Below, one piece after another: positions 43,670 through 54,338 of a DNA stretch of 64,000 nt. Origin of the DNA: an uncultured Acidobacteriota bacterium (GTDB lineage: Bacteria; Acidobacteriota; Thermoanaerobaculia; Multivoradales; UBA5704). The notes under the pieces are model-generated. The model made no database searches. It saw nothing but the letters and a program-made list of their open reading frames with translations, and was not told where the DNA came from. The stretch lies in assembly GCA_963757335.1 (NCBI GenBank), contig CAVWRJ010000013.1, positions 471,803-535,802 of the forward strand, written 5' to 3'. Each line of letters opens with the position of its first letter. Position 1 is the stretch's first letter. The translations under genes were made by a program, and so were the position numbers.

Positions 43670-44472
43670 GCCGGCAGCCCCCGGTGGAACTCCTCGCCGC
43701 CCAGCGCCTGGATGGCGACCATCGCCGGCACCACGGGGAGGAGGAAGACGATCGTGGCAGCGGCGGCGACCGGGAAGGAGTTCGTCGTGTAGGTCGAGTA
43801 GAGGGCCGACGGGAAGGTCTGGAGGAGCGGGGTGGCGAGGAGGAACGAGACGTTGAACTCCCCCCAGGAGACGGCGAAGACGAGGAGCGCGGCGAGGACG
43901 AGCGACGGCACGAGGAGGGGGAGCACCACCCGCCGCACGGTCTCGCCCGGGGTGGCGCCCAAGGTCTTCGCCGCCGCTTCGAGCCCGGGGTCGAAGCCGG
44001 AGAGGGCGTTGCCCACGGTCTTTAAAACCAGCGGCACGGTGTAGGCGAGGTGCCCGGCGACCAGGAGGAGGAAGCGCGGGGTGCCACCGGCGGTCTCGAT
44101 CAGGGCGACGGCTAAAGCGATCCCGGGGATGGCGAGGGGGGCGAGGGCGGCCGATTCGAGCCAGCGGGCACCCGGGAAGGGGCGGCGGCTGAAAGCGTAG
44201 GCGGCGGGGGCGCCGAGGAGGAGGGCGAGCGGCACCACCGCCGCCACCAGGGCGGCCGAGTGGAGGAGCGCCTCCCCCCAGATCCCGAGGACGTAGCGGA
44301 AGAGCTCGGCCGTGCTCTCGACCTGCGCCCCCTCCGAACGCTGACCGTAGAACTCCGAGCGCGAGAAGGCCCCCCAGACGGTGATGAGGATGGGCGCCAG
44401 GAGCGCCAGGGCGGTCGCGGCCGTCCAGGCGATCCCCGTCCGCCGGGCGAGCCGGCGCGGTGCGATCCTCAC
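43666..44472 (-). CDS. ABC transporter permease (PotC-like)
   Basis: 6 TM helices; EAA-like loop (EAAKTLGATPGETVRRVVLP). Confidence 0.8.
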   Translation of the reverse strand: MRIAPRRLARRTGIAWTAATALALLAPILITVWGAFSRSEFYGQRSEGAQVESTAELFRYVLGIWGEALLHSAALVAAVVPLALLLGAPAAYAFSRRPFPGARWLESAALAPLAIPGIALAVALIETAGGTPRFLLLVAGHLAYTVPLVLKTVGNALSGFDPGLEAAAKTLGATPGETVRRVVLPLLVPSLVLAALLVFAVSWGEFNVSFLLATPLLQTFPSALYSTYTTNSFPVAAAATIVFLLPVVPAMVAIQALGGEEFHRGLPA

Positions 44473-45287
44473 TCCCGCCCTCCGCCGAGCAGGCGGTCGA
44501 CGGCCAGGGTGACCGCGGCGAGCACCAGGCAGAGCGCCCCGGCCACGGCGTCGTTCAAGAACCCGGTGAGCTCGGTATAGACCTCCAGGGGGGCGACCGA
44601 GAAACGGCGGGAGAGGAGGAGCGCCACCCCGAAGGAGCCCATGGAGGCCGAGAAGGTGATGGCGAGAGTCGAGCGGAGCGCCGGGGCGGCCACCGGTAAG
44701 ACCACCCGGCCGAGGCGGGCGAGCGGGCCTGCCCCGAGAGTGCGGGCGGCGGCGTCGAGCTCCCAGGGGAAGCGGCGGAAGGCGGATTCGAGGGTCACCA
44801 CCGCCCGCGGCACCTCGAAGTAGAGATAGGCGAGGAAGAGCCCGGCCGGCGCATAGGCGAGGCTCGCGAGAAGAGGCCGGCCGGTCAGCAGCTCCAAGAG
44901 CCTCGGCACCGCCCCGATCCGGCCGAAGAGGACGATCATGAGGAAGCCGACGAGGACTCCGGAGAAGGTGAGCGGGAGAGAGATCGCCGTCCGCAGGAGG
45001 TCGCGGCCCCGGAAACGCTCGCGGGCGAGGATCCAGGCCGGGACGAGCGAGAGAACGACGGCGGTCGAGGCCGCAAAGGCCGAGAGCAGGAGCGAATGAA
45101 CAAGGGCCGTGCGGTAGCGGCCGGCCCCGAGCACCGCCCGGAGCGCGGGAGCCCCCGGGCCCGCGAAGGCCGCCGCAGCCAGTCGGCCGAGCGGCCAGAG
45201 GACCAGGCCGGAGAGAAAAAGGAGGAGCGGGAGGGCGAGGAGCGCTCCCGTCCAGGCCCCGCCCCTACCGGCTGCCCCGGATCTCAT
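44469..45287 (-). CDS. ABC transporter permease (PotB-like)
   Basis: 6 TM helices; EAA loop (DAAARTLGAGPLARLGRVVLP); 4-nt overlap with next permease. Confidence 0.8.
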   Translation of the reverse strand: MRSGAAGRGGAWTGALLALPLLLFLSGLVLWPLGRLAAAAFAGPGAPALRAVLGAGRYRTALVHSLLLSAFAASTAVVLSLVPAWILARERFRGRDLLRTAISLPLTFSGVLVGFLMIVLFGRIGAVPRLLELLTGRPLLASLAYAPAGLFLAYLYFEVPRAVVTLESAFRRFPWELDAAARTLGAGPLARLGRVVLPVAAPALRSTLAITFSASMGSFGVALLLSRRFSVAPLEVYTELTGFLNDAVAGALCLVLAAVTLAVDRLLGGGRE

Positions 45288-46302
45288 CCAACCAGGCCTT
45301 TTTGAGCGCGTCCGCCGCTCCCGCCATCTTGGCGAGGTCGAGCGCCCGCGCCCGCTTGTAGTCCGCCTCGGGGAGGAACTTCGCCGCCACGTCGGCGGGC
45401 AGGGCGCCGGGGAGGATGGGCCGGAAGTAGGCCTTGGCGAACTCCGCCTGGGCCGGCTTGGTGAGCAGCCAGTCGAAGTACCGCTTCGTCTCCTCCGGAT
45501 GCGGGGCGCCCTTGGCCATCCCCATCACCAGGGGCATGGTGAAGCTCCCCTCCATGGGGATTATCACTTCGACCGGCCCGTGGTCGACATACTTCATCTT
45601 GTAGCCGTTGCCGTCGGCGTTGATCCAGATCGGCACCTCGCCGCGGAGCACCGAGTTGTAGATCGACTCCCGCGGGTAGGAGGAGACGTTGGCGTCGAGC
45701 TTCTTGAGATAGGCGAGACCGGGTTTGAAATCCTTCTCGCTCCCCCCCATCAGCTCGTTCACCCCGTAGACGAGGGTGAAGGAGGTGCCCCCCCAGGTCG
45801 GGTCGTCGTAGGCGATCTTCCCCTGGTAGACCGGTTTCAGGAGGTCGGCCCAGGAGCGCGGCACGGGGGCGCCACCCAGCGCCTTGGTGTTGACGACGAA
45901 GGCGATGGCGCTGGTGTGGATCGTCCACCAGAGGCCGTTCGGGTCCTTGAGGCCGGCCGGGACCACCTCCCAACCTTTCGGCTTGTAGGGCTGGTGGAGC
46001 CCCTTTTGCGCCGCCTGGAACCCGATCGCCCCCGAGTAGTAGGCGCAGTCGGCCTGCGGGTGCTCCTTCTCCTTGTCGAGAGCCGCCATGGCGACCGAGG
46101 AGCCCTTGTCGTCCGGTGGCACCTTCACCCCGGAGACCTTCTCGTAGAGGGCGGTGACGCCACCCCAGTTGGCATAGTTGGGGATGCAGTCGTACTGGAC
46201 GACGACCTTCTGCGCCGCCCAGGCCGTGCCGGCGAGCGCCGCGGCGGTCAGCAGGAGGGCGGGGACGAGCTTCTTCGTCTTCCTATGTTTCTTCCTGTCC
46301 AT
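45265..46302 (-). CDS. ABC transporter periplasmic substrate-binding protein (family 1, PotD/FbpA-like)
   Basis: Signal peptide MDRKKHRKTKKLVPALLLTAAALAGTAWA; SBP_bac_1-like sequence. Confidence 0.8.
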   Translation of the reverse strand: MDRKKHRKTKKLVPALLLTAAALAGTAWAAQKVVVQYDCIPNYANWGGVTALYEKVSGVKVPPDDKGSSVAMAALDKEKEHPQADCAYYSGAIGFQAAQKGLHQPYKPKGWEVVPAGLKDPNGLWWTIHTSAIAFVVNTKALGGAPVPRSWADLLKPVYQGKIAYDDPTWGGTSFTLVYGVNELMGGSEKDFKPGLAYLKKLDANVSSYPRESIYNSVLRGEVPIWINADGNGYKMKYVDHGPVEVIIPMEGSFTMPLVMGMAKGAPHPEETKRYFDWLLTKPAQAEFAKAYFRPILPGALPADVAAKFLPEADYKRARALDLAKMAGAADALKKAWLDEIRGSR

Positions 46303-46311
46303 GGCGGCTCC

Positions 46312-47445
46312 TTAGAAGTTGTAGTTCAAAACCAGGTTGTAACTCTTGTCGATAAACTCCTCGGGGCCGCTCCGGGGCTGGCTCTTCCACCAGTCGTACT
46401 CGACGATGAGCTTGAAGTTGTCGGCGATGCCGAAAACCAGGCCGGGCACGATCTCGGTCTCCTGGGCGCCGGAGCCCTTGTAGTCGACCCGGCTCCAGTT
46501 GACCCGGAGGTTCAAGCGCGGATGGACCTGCCAACGGGTGCCGGCGAGGTAGTAGGTGGCGTCGTCGTAGCCCAGGCGGGAGAAGGGGTGGAAGGTGTCG
46601 TTTCTCTCCCCGGTCTGGCGGAGGATTTCGACATAGGAGATCGACGGCCCCCAGGTGAGGGTCGCGTCGCCCGCCACTTGGCCGAGCTTGAAGCTCCTGC
46701 CGACCGCGGGGTCCGCTCCCCGCCGGTCGATCCGCCCGGAGAGACCGGAGACCCCCAGGGCGAGCGTGCGGCCAGGGCCGAAGGTCCAGGTGGGAACGAG
46801 GCGGATCGTCCCGGTGTCGGCCAGGGTGGCGTCGGGGTCGCTCTCGACGTCGCGGCCGGGGAGCGAGCCGTCCACCTTGTCGTTGTTGGCGAGGAACTGG
46901 AGCGAGTAGTCGACCGCGAAAGCGGGCGCGAACGGCCGGCTCCCCACCAGCTCGGCGCCGTAGTCGGGGTTGAGCTTCAGGCCGTTGAAGTACTGGACGT
47001 TGCCGAAGAACGAGTCGTCCCAGAGGATGCCCACCTTGCGGTAGAACTTGCCGGCGTGGAGCTCGCCCACCGGTGTCTTGGCCCAGGCGTAGGCCTCCTG
47101 GAACCAGACGTCCGAGACGTAGAAGGAGCGCAGCTTCGAGTCGCGGGCCCGGGTCTGGACGTGGAGGCCGTAGCGCTGGTCCACGGTGGCGGCATCGAAG
47201 TTGAGGAGGAAAGCGTAGATCTCGAACTTGTTCTTCCCCCCGGCCAACTGGGGAAGGTAGTCGAAGAGGTAGATGCCCCCGGAGAGCTTGAAGCTGCCGT
47301 TGGGGGCGACGACCGGCGTCACCACTGCGGGGGCCGCGGGGGCGGCAGGGCTCACCTCCTCCCCGGCGGCCGGCGAGGCGATTCCCGACATCACCAACAG
47401 GGACAGCAGTCCCAGTACGGCAAGGCTGTTTTTCGAACGCAGCAC
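46312..47445 (-). CDS. Outer-membrane beta-barrel (porin-like) protein, first gene of the ABC importer operon
   Basis: Signal peptide; alternating amphipathic beta-strand pattern; C-terminal aromatic ...LVLNYNF. Confidence 0.6.
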   Translation of the reverse strand: MLRSKNSLAVLGLLSLLVMSGIASPAAGEEVSPAAPAAPAVVTPVVAPNGSFKLSGGIYLFDYLPQLAGGKNKFEIYAFLLNFDAATVDQRYGLHVQTRARDSKLRSFYVSDVWFQEAYAWAKTPVGELHAGKFYRKVGILWDDSFFGNVQYFNGLKLNPDYGAELVGSRPFAPAFAVDYSLQFLANNDKVDGSLPGRDVESDPDATLADTGTIRLVPTWTFGPGRTLALGVSGLSGRIDRRGADPAVGRSFKLGQVAGDATLTWGPSISYVEILRQTGERNDTFHPFSRLGYDDATYYLAGTRWQVHPRLNLRVNWSRVDYKGSGAQETEIVPGLVFGIADNFKLIVEYDWWKSQPRSGPEEFIDKSYNLVLNYNF

Positions 47446-47559
47446 AAACCCTCCCTCTCCAAAGAGTCGTCAAACCGGCCACGAAGCATATACGGCCTCG
47501 TAGGTGGCCTGGATGAGCGGACGAAGCGGCGGCAGTGCCCGCGGCAACCGCCGGGCACG

Positions 47560-47588
47560 AAAAGGGGGAGCCCGGAAAGGCCCCCCCT
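47560..47588 (-). terminator. Intrinsic terminator for TonB-dependent receptor gene (minus strand): GGGGGGGCC-tttccg-GGCTCCCCC followed by UUUU
   Basis: Hairpin + AAAA on plus strand (= T-run on minus) 25 nt downstream of receptor stop. Confidence 0.5.
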
Positions 47589-47612
47589 CGAAACGACGTT
47601 TTTAGCGCCGGG

Positions 47613-50525
47613 TTAGAAGTCGTAGCGCGCGGCGAGCTGTACCGTGCGCGGCGTGCCGACGCCCGAGTCCTTACCGAAGGTCGGGAGAGGCGTCTGGGCG
47701 GGGCCGTAGACGGTGTTGGTGACGAAACGGTTGCCGGTGTTCGTGCAGTTGAAGCACTCGCCGAAGACCGAAAGGTTACCCGGTCCGATCCGGAACTCCT
47801 TGGCGAGCCTCAAGCTCAGGCTGTAGAAGGAGGGCTGGCGGAACGAGTTGCGGCCGAGGTGGACGCCGTTGATCGTCGGCCGGTCGGTCGAGGGCTCGCC
47901 GTCGCCGTTGACGTCGGCGTTGATGGTCGGCGTGTAGGGGGAGCCGGTCTCGAAGACGAGCGAGCCGGAGAGGCCGAGGCCCCAGTAGGGGGTCTGCCAG
48001 AGGCTGCTCAAGACCCCCTTCCAGCGCTGGTCACGATTGGAGAAGCCGTAGTTGTTGTCGAGGTTGTTGTAGTTCTCGGCCTGGATGCCGGCGAAGTTGC
48101 GCTCGTTCGAGTCGTTGTCCTTGTCCTCCGACCAGGTCAGCGCGCCATAGAGACTGAAGTTATCGGCCAGACGGCGGTTGAAGGTCGTGGTGATCCCGAG
48201 GTAGCGCGAACGGCCGTCCGAGAGGCTCTCGGTGATCCGCCCGTAGTAGGGGAAGGGGAAGACGGTCGTGCTGTAGTGCGGCTGCCCGTTGCTGGAGAGC
48301 GTGCCGTCGAGCTCGCGGTTCATGTCCCGCAGACGCTGCAGGTTGTGGCCCTGGGCATAGGTGATGTCGATCCCGGCCGTCGAATGGGTGAAGACCTCCC
48401 GCTCGGCGCCCAAGGTGACCCGGTCGGTGTAGGGGTCCTCGAAATTCGGCGCGATGGTGAAGACGCCGGGGCGCTTCGGGGTGGGGATCTTGGTGAAGTC
48501 GATGCGCTCGACCCCCGGAACCTGGAAGGCGCTGCCCCAGCCCGGCGACAGCGGATCGGTGGGCGCGAGGATGTTGCCGTTCGGGTCGCGCGGCGCCGAG
48601 ATGATGTACTGCGTGCCGCGCAGGCCGTTCGAGGTATAGAGCTGGGCGAAGAGGATCGCCGGGGTGCGGCTCCAGAAGCGGCCGGCCGAGACGCGGACGG
48701 CGGTCTTCGAATCCGGCGCCCAGGAGGCGCCGAAGCGGGGCGAGAACTGCTTGTTGGCGTCCGGGATCTTGGCGGTGAGCTTGAACGAGCCGTCCGGGTT
48801 CCTGTCGTTCGGATTGAGGACCGGGGCGTTGGGGTTGTCCAAACCCTCCCAGCGGATGCCGGCCGAGAACGTCAGGTTGGGGCGGGCGAACCACTGGTCC
48901 TGGAGAAAGACGGCGGTCTCCTTCTGGCCGAAGGCGGCGCGGCCGGCCTCAGAGGAAGTGAGACCGCCCAGGCCCCCGAACTGCCGGTACTGCGACCACT
49001 TGCCGGCCAGGAAGTCGGCGTTGCTGTTGAAGATGAAGACGCCCCGCCAGTTGCCGCGGAAGACCTGGTCGATCGAGGTGTCGTTGTAGTCGAAGCCGGT
49101 CTTCAAGATGTGATTGTCGAGCAGGTAGGTGAAGGTGTCCGACGCCTCCTTGCGCTTGGTGGTCGAGGTGATCGGCAGGAAGCTCACCTCGCCGTAACGC
49201 GCGATGCCGACGTCGATCTCGGGGAGGTTCAGCCCTTTGTCCGCCCGCGGCGTGTTCTCGTTGGTGTAGTTCAAGTTGAGGTCGTTCAGGATGTTGGCGC
49301 CGAACTGCCCGGAGTAGGTGGAGACGTAGTTCTTGGAGTCGAGCCCCTCGGTGCCGTTGTAGCTCGCGGTCCGCGTCTGCGAGTTGCCGGTGCCGTTCAC
49401 CCCGGTGTACTTGTCGGCGTTGAGCCGCGCCATGACGCGCTGCGACGGGGTGATCTGGTAGTCGATCCGCCCGAACTTGACGTCGCCGTCCCGGGTCTGG
49501 ACGTAGGAGGAGGGCGAGGAGAGAACCGGGTACCTGGCGAAGATCGCGGGATCGAGGACGAAGCCCGAGATCGGCACCGTCACGTCCTGCTTCTGCTTGT
49601 CGTAGGAGAGGAAGTAGAAGAGCTTGTCCTTGACCGCCGCGCCGCCGAGCGAGGCGCCGTACTGGTCCTTCTTCTGGTCGGCGGCCTTGGTGCCATTGGC
49701 GAAGTTGGCGATGAGGTTCTGCGGCTGGTCGTAGTAGAAGCCCGAGCCGTGGAGGACGTTGGTGCCGCTCTTCGTGATGACGTTGACGAAGCCGCCGCCC
49801 GAGCGCCCGAACTCGACCGAGGCGCCATTGGTAATGACGGTGAACTCCTTGATCGACTCCTGCGAGAGGGAGAGCGGGGCGCGCCCCTCGGCGCTCCCCA
49901 CCGTGCCGCCGAAGAAGGCGTCGTTGTAGTCGACGCCGTCGACCGTGACGTTGGTGTTGATGCCGCGCTGGCCGGAGATCGAGAGGTTGCCGCGCTCGGA
50001 GTCGAGACGGGTCTCGGGGGTGAGCAGGACGAGGCTCTTGAAGTCGCGGCCGTTGATCGGGATGGCCGCGATCTGCTCCGTCTGGATCGTCGTCCCGACC
50101 GTCGTGTTGGTGACCTCGACGAGCGGCACGGCGGCGGTGACCGTGATGTTCTCGGTGATCTTCCCCACCTCGAGAGTGAAGTTGATGCTCGGGGTCGAGC
50201 CGAGGAGCAGCCGGATGTCCCTTCGCGAGGACGTTTCGAAGCCGTCGAGCGCGGCGCTCACCGTGTAGGTGCCGGTCGGCAGGTTGAGGAGCCGGTAGAA
50301 GCCCTCCTTGTCGGAGACCGTCGTCAGCTTGAGGCCGGTCTCCTGGTTGGCGGCTTCGATCGTGACGCCCGGGAGCGGCGCGCCGTCGCCGCCCTTGACC
50401 GTGCCGGAGATCCGGCTCGTCGTCACGTCCGTCTGGGCGAACGCGGCGCCGGCCAGGGCGAGAAGCAGGCCCAGAGCGAGGAGCGCCGAGGCCCACTTTC
50501 TTCCGCGGGGATGGAGATGCACCAT
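47613..50525 (-). CDS. TonB-dependent receptor-like outer-membrane protein with N-terminal carboxypeptidase-regulatory-like (CarbopepD_reg) domain
   Basis: AAAGGAGG RBS before ATG 50525; signal peptide; TVKGGDGAPLPGVTIEA... CarbopepD_reg; plug/barrel; C-terminal ...AARYDF. Confidence 0.8.
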   Translation of the reverse strand: MVHLHPRGRKWASALLALGLLLALAGAAFAQTDVTTSRISGTVKGGDGAPLPGVTIEAANQETGLKLTTVSDKEGFYRLLNLPTGTYTVSAALDGFETSSRRDIRLLLGSTPSINFTLEVGKITENITVTAAVPLVEVTNTTVGTTIQTEQIAAIPINGRDFKSLVLLTPETRLDSERGNLSISGQRGINTNVTVDGVDYNDAFFGGTVGSAEGRAPLSLSQESIKEFTVITNGASVEFGRSGGGFVNVITKSGTNVLHGSGFYYDQPQNLIANFANGTKAADQKKDQYGASLGGAAVKDKLFYFLSYDKQKQDVTVPISGFVLDPAIFARYPVLSSPSSYVQTRDGDVKFGRIDYQITPSQRVMARLNADKYTGVNGTGNSQTRTASYNGTEGLDSKNYVSTYSGQFGANILNDLNLNYTNENTPRADKGLNLPEIDVGIARYGEVSFLPITSTTKRKEASDTFTYLLDNHILKTGFDYNDTSIDQVFRGNWRGVFIFNSNADFLAGKWSQYRQFGGLGGLTSSEAGRAAFGQKETAVFLQDQWFARPNLTFSAGIRWEGLDNPNAPVLNPNDRNPDGSFKLTAKIPDANKQFSPRFGASWAPDSKTAVRVSAGRFWSRTPAILFAQLYTSNGLRGTQYIISAPRDPNGNILAPTDPLSPGWGSAFQVPGVERIDFTKIPTPKRPGVFTIAPNFEDPYTDRVTLGAEREVFTHSTAGIDITYAQGHNLQRLRDMNRELDGTLSSNGQPHYSTTVFPFPYYGRITESLSDGRSRYLGITTTFNRRLADNFSLYGALTWSEDKDNDSNERNFAGIQAENYNNLDNNYGFSNRDQRWKGVLSSLWQTPYWGLGLSGSLVFETGSPYTPTINADVNGDGEPSTDRPTINGVHLGRNSFRQPSFYSLSLRLAKEFRIGPGNLSVFGECFNCTNTGNRFVTNTVYGPAQTPLPTFGKDSGVGTPRTVQLAARYDF

Positions 50526-50781
50526 GAAATCCTCCTTTGTAGTCTGTCTTTAGGAAAAGCAGCCGGATTCTAACGGAGCCCGGGACGTTGGCATCGTGGA
50601 CTCCATGAACTTCGCGTGACAGCTCAGAGACACACCGCGAGAGACAGCCCCCGTCCAGGGCGGTCTCCAGACCGGGTCGGCGGACCCCTTGTGCTACTCT
50701 CCGCCTCAGTCGGCCTGGAGCCTTTGCAGCCAGGCCGAATCAACCTTCAAAGACTCTCTAAACAACCGGGTGCCGGGTATT

Positions 50782-51273
50782 ATGCAACAAGAGCGGCCTC
50801 TTGTAAGCATCGTGATGGGGAGCAGGTCGGACTGGGAGACGATGCGCCCTGCCGACGAGATGCTGACCCGCTTCGCCGTCCCCCACGAGTGCCTGATCGT
50901 CTCCGCCCACCGGACGCCCGAGTGGCTGCGGGAGTTCGCCACCGGGGCAGAAGGGCGGGGGATCGAGGTGGTGATCGCGGGGGCCGGCGGCGCCGCCCAC
51001 CTGCCCGGCATGGTCGCCGCCCAGACCCTCCTCCCCGTCCTCGGGGTGCCGGTCCAGAGCCAGGCGTTGAACGGCCTCGACTCGCTCCTCTCGATCGTCC
51101 AGATGCCCTCGGGCGTACCGGTCGGCACCCTCGCCATCGGCAAGGCGGGGGCGGCCAACGCCGCTCTCTTGGCCGTCCGCATCCTCGCCACCCGGGACTC
51201 CGAGCTCCGCCAACGGCTCCGCACCTTCGCCGACGAGCAGACGGCTGCGGTCCGCGCCGAGACCCTGCCGTGA
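50782..51273 (+). CDS. purE: N5-carboxyaminoimidazole ribonucleotide mutase
   Basis: Start at internal ATG 50782 ([19 protein letters not shown]); classic PurE motifs ([20 protein letters not shown]). Confidence 0.9.
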   Translation: MQQERPLVSIVMGSRSDWETMRPADEMLTRFAVPHECLIVSAHRTPEWLREFATGAEGRGIEVVIAGAGGAAHLPGMVAAQTLLPVLGVPVQSQALNGLDSLLSIVQMPSGVPVGTLAIGKAGAANAALLAVRILATRDSELRQRLRTFADEQTAAVRAETLP

Positions 51274-52439
51274 CCCCGGCCGGCATCCTCCCCATCCTGC
51301 CCGGCGCCACCGTCGGCGTCCTCGGCAGCGGTCAGCTCGGACGGATGTTCGCGATCGCCGCCCGCCGGATGGGCTACCGCGTCCACACCCTGTCGCCCGA
51401 GTACGACACCCCCACCGGCCAGGTCGCCGACCGCGAGGTGCAGGCGGCCTACGACGACCTCGACGCCGTGCGCGAGTTCGCCCGCGGAGTGGACGTCGTC
51501 ACCTTCGAGTTCGAGAACGTCTCCGCCGCCGCGGCCGAGGCGGCGGCAGCGGAGACCCCGGTACGCCCGGCGGGGAGCGTCCTCCACACCTGCCAGAATC
51601 GGCTGCGCGAGAAGCGCTTCCTCGCCGGAGCGGGCTTCCCCCTGGCCCCCTTCGCCGTCGTGCGCTCCGGCGATGAGCTCGCCGCGGCTCTCGACACTGT
51701 GGGCCTGCCGGCGGTGCTGAAGACGGCCGGCTGGGGCTACGACGGCAAGGGCCAGGTGAAAATCGCGAGCGTCGCCGAGGCGGCCGCGGCCTGGACCTGC
51801 CTGGGGACCTCCGAGGCGGTGGTCGAGGCCTGGATCGACTTCGAGCGCGAGATCTCGGTCGTCGCCGCCCGCGGCCTGGATGGCTCCTACGCCGACTATG
51901 GGCCGATCGAGAACCGGCATCTTCATCACATTCTCGACCTCTCGATCGCCCCCGCCGGCTTAGCCTCCGAGGTGGAGCGGGAGGCCGGGGAGATCGCCCG
52001 CGGGGTGCTCTCCGCTCTCGATGTCGTGGGGGTGCTCTGCGTCGAGCTCTTCCTCACCCGGGACGGCCGGCTCCTCGTCAACGAGCTGGCGCCGCGGCCC
52101 CACAACTCCGGGCACCTCACCTTCGACGCCGCCGTCACCAGCCAGTTCGAGCAGCAGCTGCGGGCGATCTGCGGCCTGCCGCTCGGCGCCACCGACCTGC
52201 TGCGGCCGGCGGCCATGGCCAACCTCCTGGGCGACCTCTGGCAGGGGGGCGAGCCGGACTGGGCGGCGGCCTGCCGCGCGCCCGCCGTCAAGCTCCACCT
52301 CTACGGCAAGGCGACACCCCGCCCGGGGCGCAAGATGGGCCACCTGACGGCCCTGGCGGCCACCCCGGCCGCCGCCCTGGAGCAGGTGACAGCTGCGCGT
52401 AAAGTGCTCACCGCTGCGCACTTCGTGAGCACGAAGTAA
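51270..52439 (+). CDS. purK: N5-carboxyaminoimidazole ribonucleotide synthase
   Basis: GTG 51270 overlapping purE stop (GTGA); ATP-grasp PurK sequence ([11 protein letters not shown]..., [18 protein letters not shown]). Confidence 0.85.
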   Translation: MTPAGILPILPGATVGVLGSGQLGRMFAIAARRMGYRVHTLSPEYDTPTGQVADREVQAAYDDLDAVREFARGVDVVTFEFENVSAAAAEAAAAETPVRPAGSVLHTCQNRLREKRFLAGAGFPLAPFAVVRSGDELAAALDTVGLPAVLKTAGWGYDGKGQVKIASVAEAAAAWTCLGTSEAVVEAWIDFEREISVVAARGLDGSYADYGPIENRHLHHILDLSIAPAGLASEVEREAGEIARGVLSALDVVGVLCVELFLTRDGRLLVNELAPRPHNSGHLTFDAAVTSQFEQQLRAICGLPLGATDLLRPAAMANLLGDLWQGGEPDWAAACRAPAVKLHLYGKATPRPGRKMGHLTALAATPAAALEQVTAARKVLTAAHFVSTK

Positions 52440-52498
52440 CTCCGCGGTAACCCCAATCCCGACAAACTGTCCGTACTTTCTCTTCGAGGCGATCCACG

Positions 52499-53575
52499 AT
52501 GGCAGATTGGTTGATCTACGGTGCAAACGGCTATACCGGCGCGCTCGCTGCGCGCGAGGCGGCACGGCGGGGCCTCACTCCCATCCTGGCCGGGCGGAGC
52601 TCCGACGCGGTCTCCGCCCTCGCCCGCGAGCTGGGCCTCCCCTTCCGTTCCTTCCCGCTCGAAGATCCGGCGGTCGTCCGCGCCGGGCTCGTCGGGGTGG
52701 CTGCCGTCCTCCACTGCGCCGGCCCCTTCGTGCGGACGAGCCCGATCATGGTCAACGCCTGCCTGGCGACCGGGGCCCACTACCTGGACATCACCGGCGA
52801 GATCGCCGTCTTCGAGTCGGTGCTCTCGATCGCCAAGGCCGACGCGGCCCTCCGCGCCGGGATCTCCCTGCTGCCGGGGGTGGGCTTCGACGTCGTCCCC
52901 ACCGACAGCGTGGCCGCGCGGCTCGAAGCCGCCCTCCCCGGGGCGACCGAGCTCACCCTCGCCTTCGCCGCGGACGGCGGCTCCTGGAGCCGCGGTACGG
53001 CGAAGACCATGATCGAGAGCCTGCCCCATGCCGGGGCGGTGCGCAAGAACGGCAAGATCGTGCCGGTACCGCTAGCCTTCGACTCCCGGGAGATCGACTT
53101 CGGGGGGCGCCTCGGCAAGCGCTGGACGATGACCATCCCCTGGGGGGACGTGGCGACCGCCTACCACACGACCGGCATCCCCAACATCCGGGTCTATACC
53201 GGCGCCCCCCCGGGGCAGATCCGCCGCCTGCGCCGCCTTCGCTTCCTCCTCCCCCTGACCGGCCTCGCGCCGGTCAAGCGCTTCCTCGCCGGGCGGGTCG
53301 ACCGGGGGGCCGCCGGCCCCGGCCCGGAGGCGCGGGCGACCGGCCGCACCTATCTCTGGGGGGAGGTCCGGGATCCCGCCGGGGGCACCGCCACGACGAC
53401 CCTGGAGACCCCCGAAGCCTACGCCTTCACCGCCGTCTCCGCCGTCGCCGCGGTCGAGCGGGTGCTGGCCGGCACCGTCGCCCCCGGCGCCTGGACTCCG
53501 GCGCGCGCCTTCGGCCCCGACTTCGTGGCCGGCCTGCCCGGCGTGGTGGTGGGCGAGATGCGGCGGTCGGCGTAG
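52499..53575 (+). CDS. Saccharopine dehydrogenase-family NAD(P)-binding protein
   Basis: N-terminal Rossmann GANGYTGAL; Sacchrp_dh-like over full length. Confidence 0.75.
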   Translation: MADWLIYGANGYTGALAAREAARRGLTPILAGRSSDAVSALARELGLPFRSFPLEDPAVVRAGLVGVAAVLHCAGPFVRTSPIMVNACLATGAHYLDITGEIAVFESVLSIAKADAALRAGISLLPGVGFDVVPTDSVAARLEAALPGATELTLAFAADGGSWSRGTAKTMIESLPHAGAVRKNGKIVPVPLAFDSREIDFGGRLGKRWTMTIPWGDVATAYHTTGIPNIRVYTGAPPGQIRRLRRLRFLLPLTGLAPVKRFLAGRVDRGAAGPGPEARATGRTYLWGEVRDPAGGTATTTLETPEAYAFTAVSAVAAVERVLAGTVAPGAWTPARAFGPDFVAGLPGVVVGEMRRSA

Positions 53576-53720
53576 GCTCCCCGTAAGGCCGTGGAGCTCC
53601 CTCCCAGCGACTGCCACCTCGGGCCGACGATCCCCTCTCTTCCACCTCTTCGATGCTACTCTCCGAATCCTCGGGAGGACTGGCCTCCCCCCTTCCAGAC
53701 CGGCTTGACGGAGACGAACT

Positions 53721-54338
53721 ATGCGACTCGGCAATAGAGCCCTCGGCTGTGCGTGCGTGCTCACCTCGGTGATGATGGCCCTCCCCGGGGGGCTCCAGGC
53801 GGCGCCCCCGCCCTCCCCTCCCGCTCCCGAGACGAAGATGGCGAGCCCGGCTCCGAGCGCCCCCGAGGCCAAGAAGGGGGCGCGCGACTTCGACTTCTTC
53901 CTCGGCCAGTGGAAGACCCACAACCGGCGGCTCAAGGAGCGGCTCAAGGGCTCGCACGAGTGGGAGGAGTTCGAGGCCACCGACTCGGTGATCCCGATCC
54001 TCGACGGTCTGGGGGATTTCGATCAGTTCCGGGCGACCTTCCATGGCAAGAAGCTGGAGGGGATGACCCTGCGGCTCTTCGATCCCGCCACCGGGGAGTG
54101 GAGCCTCTACTGGGCGGACAGCCGGCAGGGCGTGCTGCAGACCCCCATGGTGGGGCATTTCACCAACGGCACGGGCGAGTTCTTCGACGAAGAGGAGTTC
54201 GAGGGCAAGAAGATCAAGGTCCGCTTCCTCTGGAACGGCATCACCCAGAATTCGGCCCACTGGGAGCAGGCGTTCTCGACGGATGGCGGTGCGACCTGGG
54301 AGACCAACTGGACCATGGACATGGCGCGGGTCAAATAG
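53721..54338 (+). CDS. Secreted hypothetical protein (DUF1579-like)
   Basis: GGAG 9 nt before ATG 53721; signal peptide; FDFFLGQWKTHNRRL... conserved block; family assignment tentative. Confidence 0.5.
   Translation: MRLGNRALGCACVLTSVMMALPGGLQAAPPPSPPAPETKMASPAPSAPEAKKGARDFDFFLGQWKTHNRRLKERLKGSHEWEEFEATDSVIPILDGLGDFDQFRATFHGKKLEGMTLRLFDPATGEWSLYWADSRQGVLQTPMVGHFTNGTGEFFDEEEFEGKKIKVRFLWNGITQNSAHWEQAFSTDGGATWETNWTMDMARVK

Noticed and set aside
50526-50781. Purine/ZTP riboswitch upstream of purE
   Set aside because: I could not find the conserved purine-riboswitch junction nucleotides or the pfl/ZTP GGGUCGUGAC...CCGCCUGGGC pattern; only generic GC-rich sequence.
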